Assembly (NCBI GenBank): GCA_025786725.1
Contig: JAHLTZ010000004.1
Span: forward strand, 620,001-684,000
DNA length: 64,000 nt
Source of the DNA: Syncephalis fuscata S228
Lineage: Eukaryota > Fungi > Zoopagomycota
Direction of reading: 5' to 3'
Part shown: in pieces, positions 39,483 through 54,200 of the stretch
How the letters are laid out: each line of letters begins with the position of its first letter
Position numbering within the stretch: position 1 is the stretch's first letter
Made by a program: the position numbers and the translations under genes
Notes under the pieces: generated by a model
The model's database searches: none
Told to the model about the DNA's origin: nothing
What the model saw: the letters and a program-made list of their open reading frames with translations, nothing else

Positions 39483-42107
39483 ACGGCTATTTACCTACCT
39501 GATTGTCTATTGCATACGAGTTGCTAAAAAATAGACACATTGAACGAATGAAGGAGTGAATGAATGAAAATGAGTACATCTGTGGCGGATGCGCAGGATC
39601 CAATCCATTAAGATCATGTGGTAATCCGGTGCGTGTTTGTTCAAAGTCTTCATATGTTGTTGCTGCAGTCCCTGCTGCTATCAGCATCGCCTCTTTTCCA
39701 TCCTTTCTCTCCTATTCCACGCCGTGGTTCGGTTGTCTTCATCGGGTAATGTGTTGTTCGATGGATCTCGACCGACCATCGGCTCACCAATTTCAGAGTT
39801 CTTTCCTGTATTTCCTTTTTCATGCGTAGATCCTTGTATTATGCATACTCTATATCTTGTGCTCTAACCTAACTTAACCACCTAAACACACACACCATAC
39901 TACACCCTTACACTTGTTGCTGTTGTCATTGATGTTATTGTAACCGTTATTGAGGTCATTATTGCTACTATTGTTGCTACCACACGACTCAACAGCGTGA
40001 ACCTTATGCAAGCTTGTTTGAGAATCAAGCATTTAAATAATTCACGCTTTTCATCATCTAATTATAATCACCACTATTATTATTATTATTATAGCTACAA
40101 TTAGCAAACAACGGTCGACATTTGTGTATATATACACACGGTCTATTACCATTTGCTATCTTCTATTCAAGTGCCCTTGTCCTTCCTATTTGTCTGATCA
40201 CCTATTCTATCCGACGTTATAGCCGTGACTACTGTTGCTGTTACTGCTACTACGACTGCTACTGCTACTGCATTACCACTATTGTTATTACTATTACCGT
40301 TTCTATCGCCACGGTTTTTATTACTACTATTATTAGCACAACTGCTTTCTATGAGCCGTGAATCAACTATATCCCCTCAAGATCCTGATTATTCATTGTA
40401 AGTAGTTAACAACAATACCGATCGTTTGTTATGTGATTGTTTTATATTCAACACTTAAAACATTGTTTGTTTTAACTTGTAACATTATCCGTTCTTTTAA
40501 TTGTCACTTCATACACTTTACATGACCTATTCGTAATAATTGGAATAGACTATTTTCTGTTGCTGACACCATTTGAATCCTTCACTTCCCATTATGGGTG
40601 TAGATCATGCAGATGATGTGAATTCGCGTTTATTATGTTCTACATCAATGTTTCTACGCTCTCTCTCTCTCTCTCTCTACTCTCTTACTGCGTTATGGAG
40701 CAATGTAATGAAACGGTACTATGTAGTATCAACGGTTTGGGATAGGTTGTACACTCTGTTCCAGTACATGTACATTATCCGTGCCGTGACATGACATTGT
40801 ATTGATTAGTTTCTTTTTTCGCATTGGGTACAACGAGATGGCCACAGATAGAAAGCACACGATTCATTATAGATATGACGCCCTTTCTATGTATATCAAT
40901 GACGTTTTTATTTTTCTCTTTCTTTATTACTATTCCATTTTGTGTATCTCCGATCCTGCGAGTTTGCGTGCTTGCACCTGCCTGCCTATTCTTTCTCGCG
41001 CGTCCCTTTTCGCCTACTCTCGATCCATTCTCGCTTTAGTGCACAACGTGCCATTCCCACCTATTTTGCAATGCCCAGTTTGGGCGAAGACCCGGTCTTG
41101 GTAACAAATGCGGACCAGCCAGTCTGAAACGTTAACAAGTACGCTTGTACACCCACGCTTCTACATTGACTTTTACCGACGACCTGTCTTCTCTCTTTCT
41201 CTCTCCATCTATCTATCTATCTGTTCCCCTCTGTCTCTCCGTTTCTGGCGGTGGTATGGCTATTGTTATCGCTGTTGTATTGTTACAGCCACTCTATTAG
41301 TAGCTGTGGCCTATCATGGGATCATTGTCTGTCACAGCCATATGCATGTGTATCGGACACTTATATCATTATTGGTTACTACATTACATTCGCTCGTTCT
41401 TTTCTACTCGTTTTTGGTCATAATAGCGACGGATTCTCTATTTATTGCTGTGCGAGTGTGTGTCTGTGTCGCATGCCACTTTTGCCTGATCGTCACATTT
41501 ACATCTGTCCTACCTGCGCTTAAAAAGATAACTATTGATTCATCGCCATCCCACGCACACACACCCTCTTATAAACATATTTATTACACCGATATCCATA
41601 ACAACGGTGCCGTTTTATCATCATTCGCTCCTACCCTTCGCATTGACTCTCCGCCACGCTCCGTTTGTTATCGCACCGCTTATTGCCATTACCATTTCCA
41701 TCCATCAAGTACCGCGCTTGCCAGTGGATTTCTCACGGCAGATCTCAACGGCTTTTTACGTGCTCTCCAACCTTACGAGTACCAGCTCTATTACTGTTTT
41801 CTATTAGTACAAGCAATAATAGTACCACACACTTACTATACTTGCTATAATTTCTACTATCGTCACTTTGATTTATATCAACGCACTTGTACTCACCATT
41901 ATCTTTCCCATCTATTGGACCAAACGCTATCTGCCCTTTTCTCTCTTTATCCACATCACTTTACAGAAACGTTTGCATAAATATTTAGTGTACTGTTGAT
42001 CGTATACGCAAAGTGACTACTCACGCTTATTCATCTGTACGCTTTTATCGACTTCTATTTTTACCACCTGTTCTATTTATTAATCTTCCGCTTTGATATT
42101 TAGGAAT

Positions 42108-44105
42108 ATGACATCTATTGTTGAACAACAACCGGTAGCCGCATTACCACACCAGCAACGTCGTATTTCATTGCCACCGATTACTGCTCTACAGCCATCG
42201 TCACTGCCGACACCATCACATATGGACAACACGTCTAACTTTGCGTGGACCACAACACAAATGGCGTCAGGCCAAGCAACGGTTTCACCACATACTTTGC
42301 CACCACCACCTTCACACGTGCTGGTAGAAGATCATCGTAAAAGGCAGTCGTCCTTGGCTAACGATCCTTTTTGTCCTGCACCAACATCAGCCTCATCTCA
42401 ATCATCGAACAACAACAGTCCAGCTATGACTGCTTATCGTGGTCATCTTACGGCAGGTACAGGGCAGTCATCATCAGCACTGTCACCATCGATTAATATG
42501 CACGGCCAATCGTTGCCTAATACTGCGCCAAATACGCCCAATGCTTCAGCAAGTGTATTAACTGTATCACAGCAGTTAACAGCTTTAATCAGCCATCGAT
42601 GTCATCATTATCATCATCATCATCACCACCGCTGTCATCTCGTTCACCAGTCAATTATGAATATCGCCCATCGGTTGATAATCGCTCACCATCAATGACA
42701 GCTGGTCAACAACAGCTACATCTACAGCCATCGCATTCTACGTTGCAATCACATCATGGATATGCTTCACCGGCTGAAGAATCAAACAATACTATGCCAT
42801 CAAATATGCATCCAATGCAAACACCTACTCGCTATGGTAGCCACGGTGCTGCTCCACCTGCTCCTCTAACATCAGCTCACGGTGCAATGGCCGCTTATCA
42901 ACGTGCTACACCTTCAAATCAGCGCAATTTATCAGCACCCGATGTGTTTTCCCCTGATACATCTGGTCATCGTGCAGCTGAAGCATTAGTGGCACTTGGT
43001 CATAACCGCACACGTTCAGTAAGCGATTCTGACATGAACGACTCGGCTCATGGCCCTTATTCGCCTTCGGTCCAACAGCAACAGCACCATTCAGGCCCAC
43101 TCAGCTTGTATGAGGCTGAACAACGCTGGTCTACTGCTGCATCAAATGCACGTATTCTTACCGAGTACACCGCCCAGAATGGTGAACGTTTAATGGCTGC
43201 ACACCATCGTGGCTATGAAACTGTTCAGGTCAATCACGATGATATATCTGGCATTAACGGTATGCTTCAACGTGCCCATGCCATTATCACGTCTTTGACG
43301 ACCTTAAGAACGGATATGTGCCGTCGTATTGAGTTGCAGCACCAATACAATTATTCTTCACAATATCGTCATGGTCAACCGCAACATCATCACCACCAGC
43401 AACATCGTCAGCCTTCGTATCCATATACGACACCATCACAGGCCAAGGATCATTACCAGCAGCAACAGCAGCAGCAACATTACCATCACACGGTAGCACA
43501 TCATGCCCATTCTGGCCATTCAATGCCTGTATCATCGCAAATGGCCATGGGTAATCCATCTACGCATCACCAGCACACGATATCTAGTGCTAATTCTGAA
43601 TGCAACCAAACAACTTTTCATATGACAAGTCCCAATAATATGGCCAGTGCAGCTGAATGTTTCTCTCAATCACCGGTGACAGTTCACGTGCTCGCAAGCG
43701 TATTAAGCGTCCAGCTCCACCTCCACCAGGTCGCTGCCGTGCTTGTAATGCGGCCGAAACACCTGAATGGCGTCGTGGCCCCGATGGTGCTCGTACACTA
43801 TGCAATGCCTGCGGTCTTCACTATGCTAAAATGTCGAAGAAACGCGCTGCTGCTGCCAATAACACTAATAACAATAATAACAATAACAATAATAACAACA
43901 TAACAACAATGGCACTTCTAATGCCAACTCTACTATAATTGACGCCACTTCTCTACCCGGCAATTCTACATCGACTGATAGCTCGATGCGTAAAAACGTA
44001 TCAGAGATTGATGAAGTAGCACTGCTTCGTCAAACGCCACGTGCCCTTCGCTATGGCGCACGCAACACTGACCTTATGTCAACCGCTCAAACGACAATGC
44101 AATAA
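42108..44105 (+). CDS. GATA zinc-finger transcription factor (CX2CX18CX2C, NsdD/Gat2-like), split by 3 frameshifts
   Basis: [32 protein letters not shown]; N-terminal RISLPPI motif; ORFs 42093, 42599 and 43657 plus a tail to TAA 44105 join by successive -1 shifts. Confidence 0.85.
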
Positions 44106-45625
44106 TGCATATGTACGTGGTGTGTTTTTGTTGATATTTTGCGTTTATTTTGTTTGTTTTCGTATTTTGTTTTCGTATTTCTTGTTTCTTTTTATTTTTT
44201 CATTAACAGGCATTGCTTGCTGCTGTGCAGTCGATGGTTATTATTACGGCGTCACCGCGTCATTATTTTGTTTTACTGGCGGTAATAGCAGTCTATTGAG
44301 TACCGTTGCGCCATTGCGGTGTATTGCAATATGATAATATATTATAATTATTTGTTTCATCTTTTAAAAACCTGTCTATTACATTTATTAATGAACTGTG
44401 TATTGTATTAAAAATTTGACAATTAATATTAATGAATCTATTGCTTGACTAATGTATTTGTATTAACATCTACATTAAACAAATAGGTAATGATTATAAA
44501 ATAGATAAATACCAATAACCATTATAAATACCATTTAACATTGTTAAGGATTAGAATAAATGTAACACTTGCTAGTAGGCTATTAAAAGGTTTGTTAACT
44601 GCGTTTATATTTACTAGTTTAGTAAACGTCATTTACTCGGTATGTTATGAGTGATAACTGACACTAAAGTTTATTATTTTAAATATTATAGTTAATTAAC
44701 TGTATAAAAGTACACGCTTAAATAATACGTTTAACAAAAACAAAACAATTGATAATGTATATGAAATTGCCCATAAGATGTGCATAAATAATAATTAGCG
44801 GTATTTATTCACTAACATTGGGTACGGTAAAATAGTGTCAATTAAACTCACATTGGCTTAACATTTATTATAGACATATCAACCAATCTGTATTTACAAA
44901 ATGCATATAACGCTAATTAGTTCTATAATATTATTACTTTCCTAACAGAAGCTTTATGATATACTCATACAATAACTACAATAAAAACTATAATAAAAGA
45001 CTGACAGTAATGTATTCCATAGTTTTACTTTTTTGAAAAAGAATTAGCTATCGTAGTAAGTAGCTAATACCATATTTATGCAATGTGATATACAATTCAT
45101 ACTATTCAAGCACCTAAGTAGCATTATTGGCGCATTTAGTTATTTTGCAGCTAGATAGCACATAGTATGCAGTCGCTAAAATATACTTAGTAATGAGTGA
45201 TGAAGCAAACAGTTTATAGCATATTTGCTGATAATGCTATATATTAATCCATTATTGTAGTAAACAAAATGTTGGTACAACTAACCAGACAACGATAGTT
45301 TATTGATTATATAATAGTGGACTATGATTAAGTATTGGAATATAATATTTGTAAGTGATGGTTAAATTGTAATAATTTTACTAATAATTAATTGATCAGT
45401 CATCATTATTTGCACACTATACGTTATATAAACTAACATTACAAATAAAATATTTACTAAATAGTTAAACTATTGTTTTTATATAATATAATTAAACTAA
45501 ACGTCTGTCTTTATTGTCGTATGTAGTTGTTTTCTTGCTAAGCTTTATTTCTAGCTATTTATTCAAAAGTAATTAGAAAGATATAGTCAAAAATTGCTAA
45601 AATTTTGTGGAAAACCACGACCAAT

Positions 45626-45698
45626 GGGGGTCTAGCTCAAATGGTAGAGCGCTCGCTTAGCATGCGAGAGGTACTGGGATCGATGCCCAGGTCCTCCA
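45626..45698 (+). tRNA. tRNA-Ala (anticodon AGC)
   Basis: GGGGGTCTAGCTCAAATGGTAGAGCGCTCGCTTAGCATGCGAGAGGTACTGGGATCGATGCCCAGGTCCTCCA folds as a cloverleaf with the G3:U70 Ala identity pair and a eukaryotic Ala T-loop; TTTT terminator follows. Confidence 0.97.
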
Positions 45699-46227
45699 AT
45701 CACCTTTTGCTCCGGTTTACAATGAAATCACGTGACTATATGGCTACTTATTAGTTTGGACAGTACTATTACGTAAATCGCTAGTTTATTACTACATTGT
45801 AAATGCTGTCAGATTGATATTAATAGCGCAAATACTAATATTAGACAAAGAAGAGTTAGCTGATAGTAGTATAATGTTTTATTAATTATAAATATACGTA
45901 ACTATTAATAATCAATGTACGGCTATAATAATAGTATAGCAATCTATTATATCAAATATGATCATTAGTATAGTTATCCAATCAATTAAAACACAATTTA
46001 TTAATTATGACACTATTGATACTCATTATAATGCTTATAATAAATAACTACATATTAATAAACAATAATTTAATCAATCCTTATTTAATATAAATAGTAA
46101 TCAGTATTGGAATATAATATATATTTTAAATGAATAGTAACGAATAATAAAATAAATGCAATATCATAAAATAAATACGAATAATTATAATAATATTAGT
46201 TATCGTTAAGGTATAAAAGCCTATTCA

Positions 46228-49200
46228 TTATGTACGTCCTTCTTTACGACGTATTCTCATACTTTTACGGCTATTACTCTCATCGTACTTATCAGCGGCA
46301 GTAGTAGATGGCACATCTCGTGAACGACCTGAATGGCGTGGCGGGTTTGTCGTGTTGGCCGATCTACGAGGTGGTGGAGGTGCGTATAGTTCCGTAGCAT
46401 AATTATTATATGGATCTACTACGCGATGATCGGCATCATTAGTAGCTGTGGTAGCCGTAATTGCTGTAGTAGGGCCACCAAATGTACCCGTAGATGATCT
46501 ATCTGCACCTAATGATAGCCGAGGTGGTTGAAGTGGTGCTTGTTGTTGATAATAAGCTGGATGATATGGATAATGATGTGGTGGTGGATAGCCCATAGCA
46601 TCATAAGATGATCGATGTGGTGGTGGTGGATACTTGTTTAATGAACGACTATTATCCATCACTGTATCTCTATAATGCGTATAAGGCATAGAAGGGTATG
46701 GTGGTGGTGGTGGCAATGGTGGTGGCGGTGGCGGCAATGGCGGTCCACGATAATCATGTTGTAATGATGCCATATAATGTGCATTGTAATTATCATATGA
46801 TCGACGATTACTATGTCCATGTCCACTACTGTTACCGTCGCCACTATTGCTATGACGATGACCTCGTCGATCATACCAATTATCTTCATCATCATCAATC
46901 CAATTCTCATCTAAATCATCCCATCGATTACTGTTGCTACTATTGCTGTTATTGTTAGTATTAGTGTTGCCACTACTACTATTCTTTACACGGGCTGATG
47001 CGGTATTGTCCGATGATCTATGTCGATGTGAATGGTACTTTTCCTCTCCTTCATTACACTCTCTAGTCTTTGAAGTTGACTCTTCTGGTGCATGATAACT
47101 GGCCCGATGTCGACTCATTTCCGATCGATCCTGCTGTGGTCTACGTTCTCGATATGTATTAGACTTTTCATCTCGTTCCTGTTTTTCCTTCTTTTTTGAT
47201 AATGATGCATCGCTTGGTTTATGTGATATGATGTTGGCATATCTTTGTAGATTACTTGTGTCAGCTACAGGCCGAGGTACTGGAGATACAACATTAACAT
47301 CGGTCATATGAACACGTGAATGTTGAGCAATAGTAACTGATTTCTGAGGTGATGTGGCTACAGGTGCTTCAACCGAATTAGATCTTGATCGACCAATAGA
47401 TACACCACGTACTGATCCCGTATTACCACTATTACTATTAGTATGGTCGCCTTGCTGGCCATTAAATATAATAGGTGAACGTTTAGCGCCTCGTCTCTTT
47501 AGATCAGATGAAATAGAATCGATGCCATCACCTAATTTGTCGCCAGTTGATGTTGATCCATTCGAACTTGGTTCCACGTCTTCTTTTAACGTATTGAATG
47601 TATTTGATTTGTTACTTGGTTTGGCGGTAGATACTTTATTCGTAGTAGCCTCTTTTAATAATGAATTGCTTACTTGAACAATAACACCTCTCGTTGATTG
47701 AATACGAGCTACTCGTGCTTGGAATTTGGGATCAGTTGAGTTGCCATTACTATCCTTTTTTGACGATGATGTAGATCGAGTAAGTATTTTATCATCTCCA
47801 TCTACTAATACAACTTCTACTCTACGTGGTCTACGTTCTCGTCGAAGAGTGGATAGTCCACGACGTATACGTCCAGTAGATGATGTACGGGTGGGACGAG
47901 ATGTACGTCTAGTAACTGTAGTCACTGGTGTACCAGATATAGCAATTAATGAACTGGCTGATGCATGTCCATTGGTATTCAATGTCGACATATTATGATG
48001 TCCATTAGTAGACATGGACTGTAACCGTTGTTTCCTTTCTGCCTCTTCACGATCAGCAATGTCAAGTGCTTGTTCCATAAGAGCTGCGGGTAATACAGCC
48101 GCATTAATCGAATATTCAGTCTTTGATCGTTGATGATTCATTTTTGAATGGTCAATTGGATCTCGTTGATTCTCTAAAGAGTATCGTTGATGTTCACCGT
48201 TTAATGCTTTCATTGAATCTGCTAATGAAAGGTCTTCATCATCATCATCATCATCATCATCATTAATGATAGGTGGTGTTTTATTTTGTTTAATTGATGG
48301 AGGTGGTTTTATTATTGTTGTTGTTGAAGGCACATTGTTAGGTAATGATCTTTCTTTACCTTCATGTTGAAGAATGGCCTTATTTTTTTGATATATTTCT
48401 GCATCTTGATCATCGGTAATATGAACAAATGATCGAGTTACATAAGCCTTAGCATCTTCACGACTTAAACGGGTAAGTTCAGTATTCATTTGATCGTTAT
48501 TACTGTCTGCTGGCCTGTTGTTGTTGTTGTTGACTTTGTTATCTGTTGATTTGTTGCTTTTATTACTATCTGCCGTTGGTGTAGATGATGGCGGGGTCAT
48601 TTGAGCCGATTTACTATTACTACTACTCGCAACAGCAATATTTGGAAGAATACAGTCACGGTCAGTGGGTGTAGGCGTTGAAGTGGTTACTGGCAGTATA
48701 GATCCATGCATGGATGCCGCAGATGACATTGGCAATACAGCTGTTGATCCATTGCCGAGTATATTGACTGTAGATAGTTCATTGACTGTATCACGTGCTC
48801 TACCCACCCATATATACATGGCCCAAGCTTGAGTAAGAATATATGCCCATCGTTGTAGATCACGTACACTTTCTGCCCTTAATACACGTACATTACCGCC
48901 TACAGTTCTTAGAACTAGACAGCGCTCTCTCGCCCGTTGACGTTTTCTTCGTGCATAGCTGACAGCATTGAGTGCAGCATCTACAATGCTTTGTACCGAA
49001 GAAGGTGGCCGTATCACTTCAATACCTTCAATATCCGATACAGGCAATGACCATAATAGCCGCTGAAAGTATTTAACTGGTTCTTGTTTACCTGCTAGAT
49101 AACTTGCCGTCTTACATGGTGTAGATAATAGCGGCGAGTTTAATGCTGGTGTTGGATATGGATCAGTAGGCCAATATGGCTTATCTTCTTGTTGTGGATG

Positions 49201-49832
49201 ATCTACATGTGTATCAGGCGGTGCATGGCACTTGTATGAATCCAGACAGCACAGAAGACGGCCATCAAATCTGAATTCACGTCTATACCATCGTGCTTGA
49301 GCATGGCCTGTACCGTTACTGCCTTCACCGCCATGTTTAGACTCGGGTACAAGTGTTTTAAGATGTCCAGCATAAACGGGTGCATGTACAGGTACAGTGA
49401 CTAGTGTATTGCTAGATAGGGATGGCACATTGGCCTCAGAAGTGGAGGCTGGTCATTAGGCTGTCTAGCAAACATGGAGGACAGTGTATGATTTGAATGG
49501 GTCACAGTAGGTGGGTAGTTGATGAGAGAGTAAAGTGAAGCAGCCGTATGAGCCGGTAAAAAAGTCAAGTCACTTTCTGCGGTGGCCGCCATAGAGAACT
49601 GTGAATCGAGCGTGGCATATGACGTGGCAGGTAAAAGATGGCGTCGCTGAGTTGACGAAGGGGAAATAGGCGATAGATTACCGTTACTTGTATTGCCGCT
49701 ATGACCGCCATTCCTTTCGGCTTTGGCTAGCGTTGGTTTGGCAGTAGAAATACGCACTGGATGTTGGTCATTCTGTATTGTAGGAGCCGTTTGAATAGAC
49801 AGACCATCTGGTTCACTAGTAACCATTGCCAT
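46228..49832 (-). CDS. PH-domain protein with a long disordered C-terminus (one frameshift near 49450)
   Basis: YAGHLKT...WYRREFRFDGRLL...CLVLRTVGGNVRVLRAESVRDLQRWAYIL resembles a split PH fold; upstream ORF 49401..49844 overlaps in an adjacent frame. Confidence 0.7.
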
Positions 49833-51289
49833 GACTATATACACTAATAAACAAGCTATTTATATGCAACCTATTTAGCTATAAAAAGCACGCAGAGAAC
49901 CAATAGTTTAATAAAGCAACAGTTAGTATGATGATTGGCAGTGTTATAGCAATGTAGTAGTATAGTGGCTATTGTTTTATAGAATGAAGTACTGAGGGGT
50001 ATTTTTGGTGATATGTTCCGACTCACGCTATTGCTATAAATATACCAGCATACTTACAGCTATCTTAGTGAATGCAGATACCATAAAAGTCAATGAGAGA
50101 GAGAATAAAGAACGAGCGGGTGTTAGAGAACAAGGAAATACAACAACAGTGGTAAAGAACAGGTACAGCTGAACTTTACCTTTAGAAATGAAATAGGGGA
50201 CAGTTTGGATGTAGGCGCTGCTGTTTGTTCACTCATTATTCGTATTCCGATAGATTCCGGTTAGTATAGAGATCATTAGAACAATGGCTATTTTATCACC
50301 TGATGTTCACCTGAATACCAGTCATGTATTTATAGTAACTAATGAGGCAATGACTGGTAATTATAGTTGTTTAGTAGTTCATATGATCAAGAAGGGTAAA
50401 TAGTCACTGATGGTGCTAGTTAACTGGGTTGTTGTAACGGTTAGTAGAGTCATGTTTTTTTAATACAGAAATAGTAAGCGAATCCTATTAATGATCTCCT
50501 AATATTGACATGTACATAGAATGCATTATTCAATAAGCGTCTAATCATCAATGTGGTCCCCAACTTACTTTATCAATATCCGACACACAGTAATACGTTC
50601 AAGTACACTTGCCCATCCACACAGATACACACCACGTTTATCGCTATTCATTCTGGCTGACTTTCACTCTTTCTTCTCCACTGCTTTATCGTTACTTCAT
50701 CTCTATTCAACACTGTCTTTTATTGACGTCTTCTATTTGCCTTTATTTGTCCTATTTGAAACATCGTGATCTCGTTTATTGGTGCGTGTGTGTGCGTGTA
50801 TGTCTACGCGTATACATCCCGTACTATATATGCTGTGAAACGCGTTACTTGCTAAAGACAATAACGCGCGCATATACTCGTATCTACTACCTACTGCAAA
50901 GTAGCTTTTCTTTACATAACAGTCTGTCATAGTGAGGCAGATAAATAGCCAAACATTGGCGTTAAAGACTATATAGCAACTACATCTTACAAACGGTAGT
51001 TGATTATACGGCAATATTAACGCACTGCTGAGTACTTGGCATTGGGTCTCATCTCGTTTTCTTTCTTTTTATTAGGAAAGCTATCTAATTAGCCATAGTA
51101 GTTATATTATTTGGTAGCTTTTGTTGTTAGCCATTTGCAATAGCAACAAGATTGTTCTTTTGCATTCTTTGATTCACACGATTGTTATTAATGCTGTAGC
51201 GTGTACGTATAGTGTTTATACGTGCACGTGCGGCTATTAACATTTACTCTCAACCATCTCGTTCTTCGGTAGGGGATTCGTCGCCAAGC

Positions 51290-54200
51290 ATGTTGCCAAG
51301 CGATTTACAGGAGCAGTTAAATGCATTAGAGCGCGAGTACCGTGAAGGCGATATAACGCAAAAAGGCTATGAAAAACGACGAATTGCTTTACTTTCAGCC
51401 ATTGGTAGTGATGGCGGAATTGGTGCCGGTGTTGGCAGCAGCACCTTGGATCGGTCCGCCAGTCTAGCAGATACAACACCGGATTATAGGCGGGCACATC
51501 CACCTACACGTCACATGACGGCACCATTGGATCGGCCAATGCACACAGGTGACACAGGTAGACCGCCATTGCCACCACCACCACAACAGCATCTACAGCA
51601 GCATCCACAACAACAACATCCGCAGCATTTACAGCAACGATATCCGTATCAGCAAAGAGGACCACCACCACCATCAGGGCCACCACATCAGCTACCACCT
51701 GGTGGTCATTATCCAGGTGGACATCCTCAACATAATCGTGGATATCCAAATACACCTACTATGGATGGATCTACACAGCAGCCGTCTATGAATAGACCAT
51801 ATATGCATATAGATGCTGATCGTGCTAATAATCTACCTAATCCAAATATCCAGTCTAATCCAGCTATTCCTGGTTATGGCGGTCCACAAGGTCCACGGCC
51901 TAATCCTATGCTGCGAACCGAGCCGCCAAATATGCCATCTGGATCTGGCTATGGCGCACTAGCTCCTCGGAGTACAAGTCCTCGTCCTGTAACACCACCA
52001 TTACCACCAGGTGGACATGGGGCGCCTAGACTCCATCGAAGAACGCCATCCAATAGTTCTATGCGATCTGTATCGTCAGTACGTACATTAGATCCGGCCT
52101 CGTTAAGCCGAAGTACTTCAAACGAGTATCGTATAGGCAATAATGGTAATCCACATTCCCCTCTGCCGCCACCGCCACCTATTGGCAATCCTTATCCTTA
52201 TGGTCGAGCTAGTTTAGATCAGTCACGACAAGGACCACCAGTAGGTAGAGCTGGATCAATTTATCCACAACAACAGCATTTAAGTCAACATCCGCCTCCT
52301 AATAATGGCGGCTATGGTCCTGGACCAACTTCGCCGCGTCCTTATGGTAATCATCCACCACCACCACATCAACAACAGTATCAACAGCATGGACATTATG
52401 GCCCACCTGGCGGCAATGGATATCCACATCCGCCTAATCCACCTTATGCCCAACAACACCAACGTATAGATAGTAACAGTAGTTCAGCAACTTTTACTTC
52501 AATGTCGAATTTCTCACGTAATGTACATCCTATGGAAGCTATTCCTTCACCTCGCGGTAAGTATTTACATTTTAATTACTATAAATGCTAATAAAAACAA
52601 ATAGATCCAAGCATACATCCATCTCAATCACAACAATATGAAGATGATTATGGGTATGCAGAATCAACCTATTCACCCAGTATTGCAAAAGCACCTTGGG
52701 CAATTGACGATGGATTATATTCAACTGCGGCTGAAATACATCCATATGCAGGCAAACAAGCATTCCCACAAAGGCCACGCGAACCAATCGCCGATCAAGT
52801 GGATAGATATACAGGCACGCCATTGTCATCATTTGGAACATTACCGGCCATTCTACGTCATCGGGCCACTATATTGCCTAAAAACACAATTGCCTGTATA
52901 CAAATTGATCCAAAAGGCAAAGAAATTAACTCACTTACATGGGAAAAGCTGTATAGTCGTGCAGAAAAGGTGGCTCAGCTATTACGTAGTCGGCCAGGCA
53001 GTTCTAAAGGCGCCAAAGTAGGTCTTGTTTACCGTCGAAGCGAAGTATTAGACTTTTTAGCGGCACTTTACGGCTGCTTCCTTGCTTCAATGGTGGCTGT
53101 ACCCATTATTACACTTGACAGTTTAAAGGAATTACGAACTATTTTGGCTCAAACAAGTATTACCCTTGTGCTATCAACGGATACCAATATTAAAGCATTG
53201 ACCAAAGATCTACAAGCACGCCGAGAAGACTGGCCCGCCGGTGTTGATTGGTGGAAAACAAATGACCTTGGGACGGCCAACATCAACAAGAAGAAGAATA
53301 ACGACGATAGTATTCCAATGCCCGGCGGTACCGATCTTGCTTATTTAGAATTCTCTAAAAACTCTACCGGTGAACTTAAAGGCGTTGGTATTAGTCATCG
53401 TACTATTGTATCACAATGCATTGCTGTTAAATCGCTACTGAGTACGGGTACCGGCGCTGGATCACCCAACGACGTACTTTTTACAGTCGTTGAGCCACGA
53501 CAGCAAATGGGTCTTATTTTTGCGGCATTGGCCGGTATTTACTGTGGTCATATAACTATTTATGGACCAGCATCCATTACCGATGTAGATGGACTATGGC
53601 CGCATGTTATGACACGTCTACGCGGTAAGTACTTATAACTCGTTTATTACACTTTAAATACTTACAGCTAATTTATTACATTTAAATATTTATTATATTG
53701 CTATTAGTTACTATTGGTATTGTCGATTATGCCGGTATACAGCATGTGTTAAGCAGTTTTGTAAGAGAGCCACAACAAACACTTACTTATGTCAAGAAAG
53801 TGGCACCGGATCTATCGCCATTAAGGCGTTTGTTTATTGATACACTTTTACCAGATCCAGAGCTGGATAAAAATATTGTTGATTGTCTTTTATATCCACT
53901 GGGTAATCGGGCGGCACGTGATGCTATTGCTCCTGTCTGTAGTCTTACAGAACATGGCGGTATGTTGTTAGGTGTACGTGATAGTATTTCAGACAATGTA
54001 ATACCGCCACAACGAACATTATTACTGGATCGTGAGCATTTGAAACGTCGACGTGTCCATGTAGTATCGCGTGAAGATGCACTTGCTAATGATCGTACTT
54101 CTATAGTTGAAGTGGCAACTTTTGGACCACCCATGCCTCAAGGCAAGTAAATATACAGTTTATTATTAACATGAATAGCAATTAACACTATTAGTTTAGT

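Noticed and set aside
41108-41980. 290-aa ORF upstream of the GATA gene, and the many short ORFs in 34.6-42 kb
   Set aside because: Composition (Cys/Tyr/His/Leu-rich, microsatellite-derived) looks like translated UTR or intron; no recognisable domain.
45727-46220. ATCACGTGAC followed by very AT-rich DNA as a point centromere
   Set aside because: No CDEIII-like element at the right spacing, point centromeres are limited to Saccharomycetaceae, and an E-box is common by chance.
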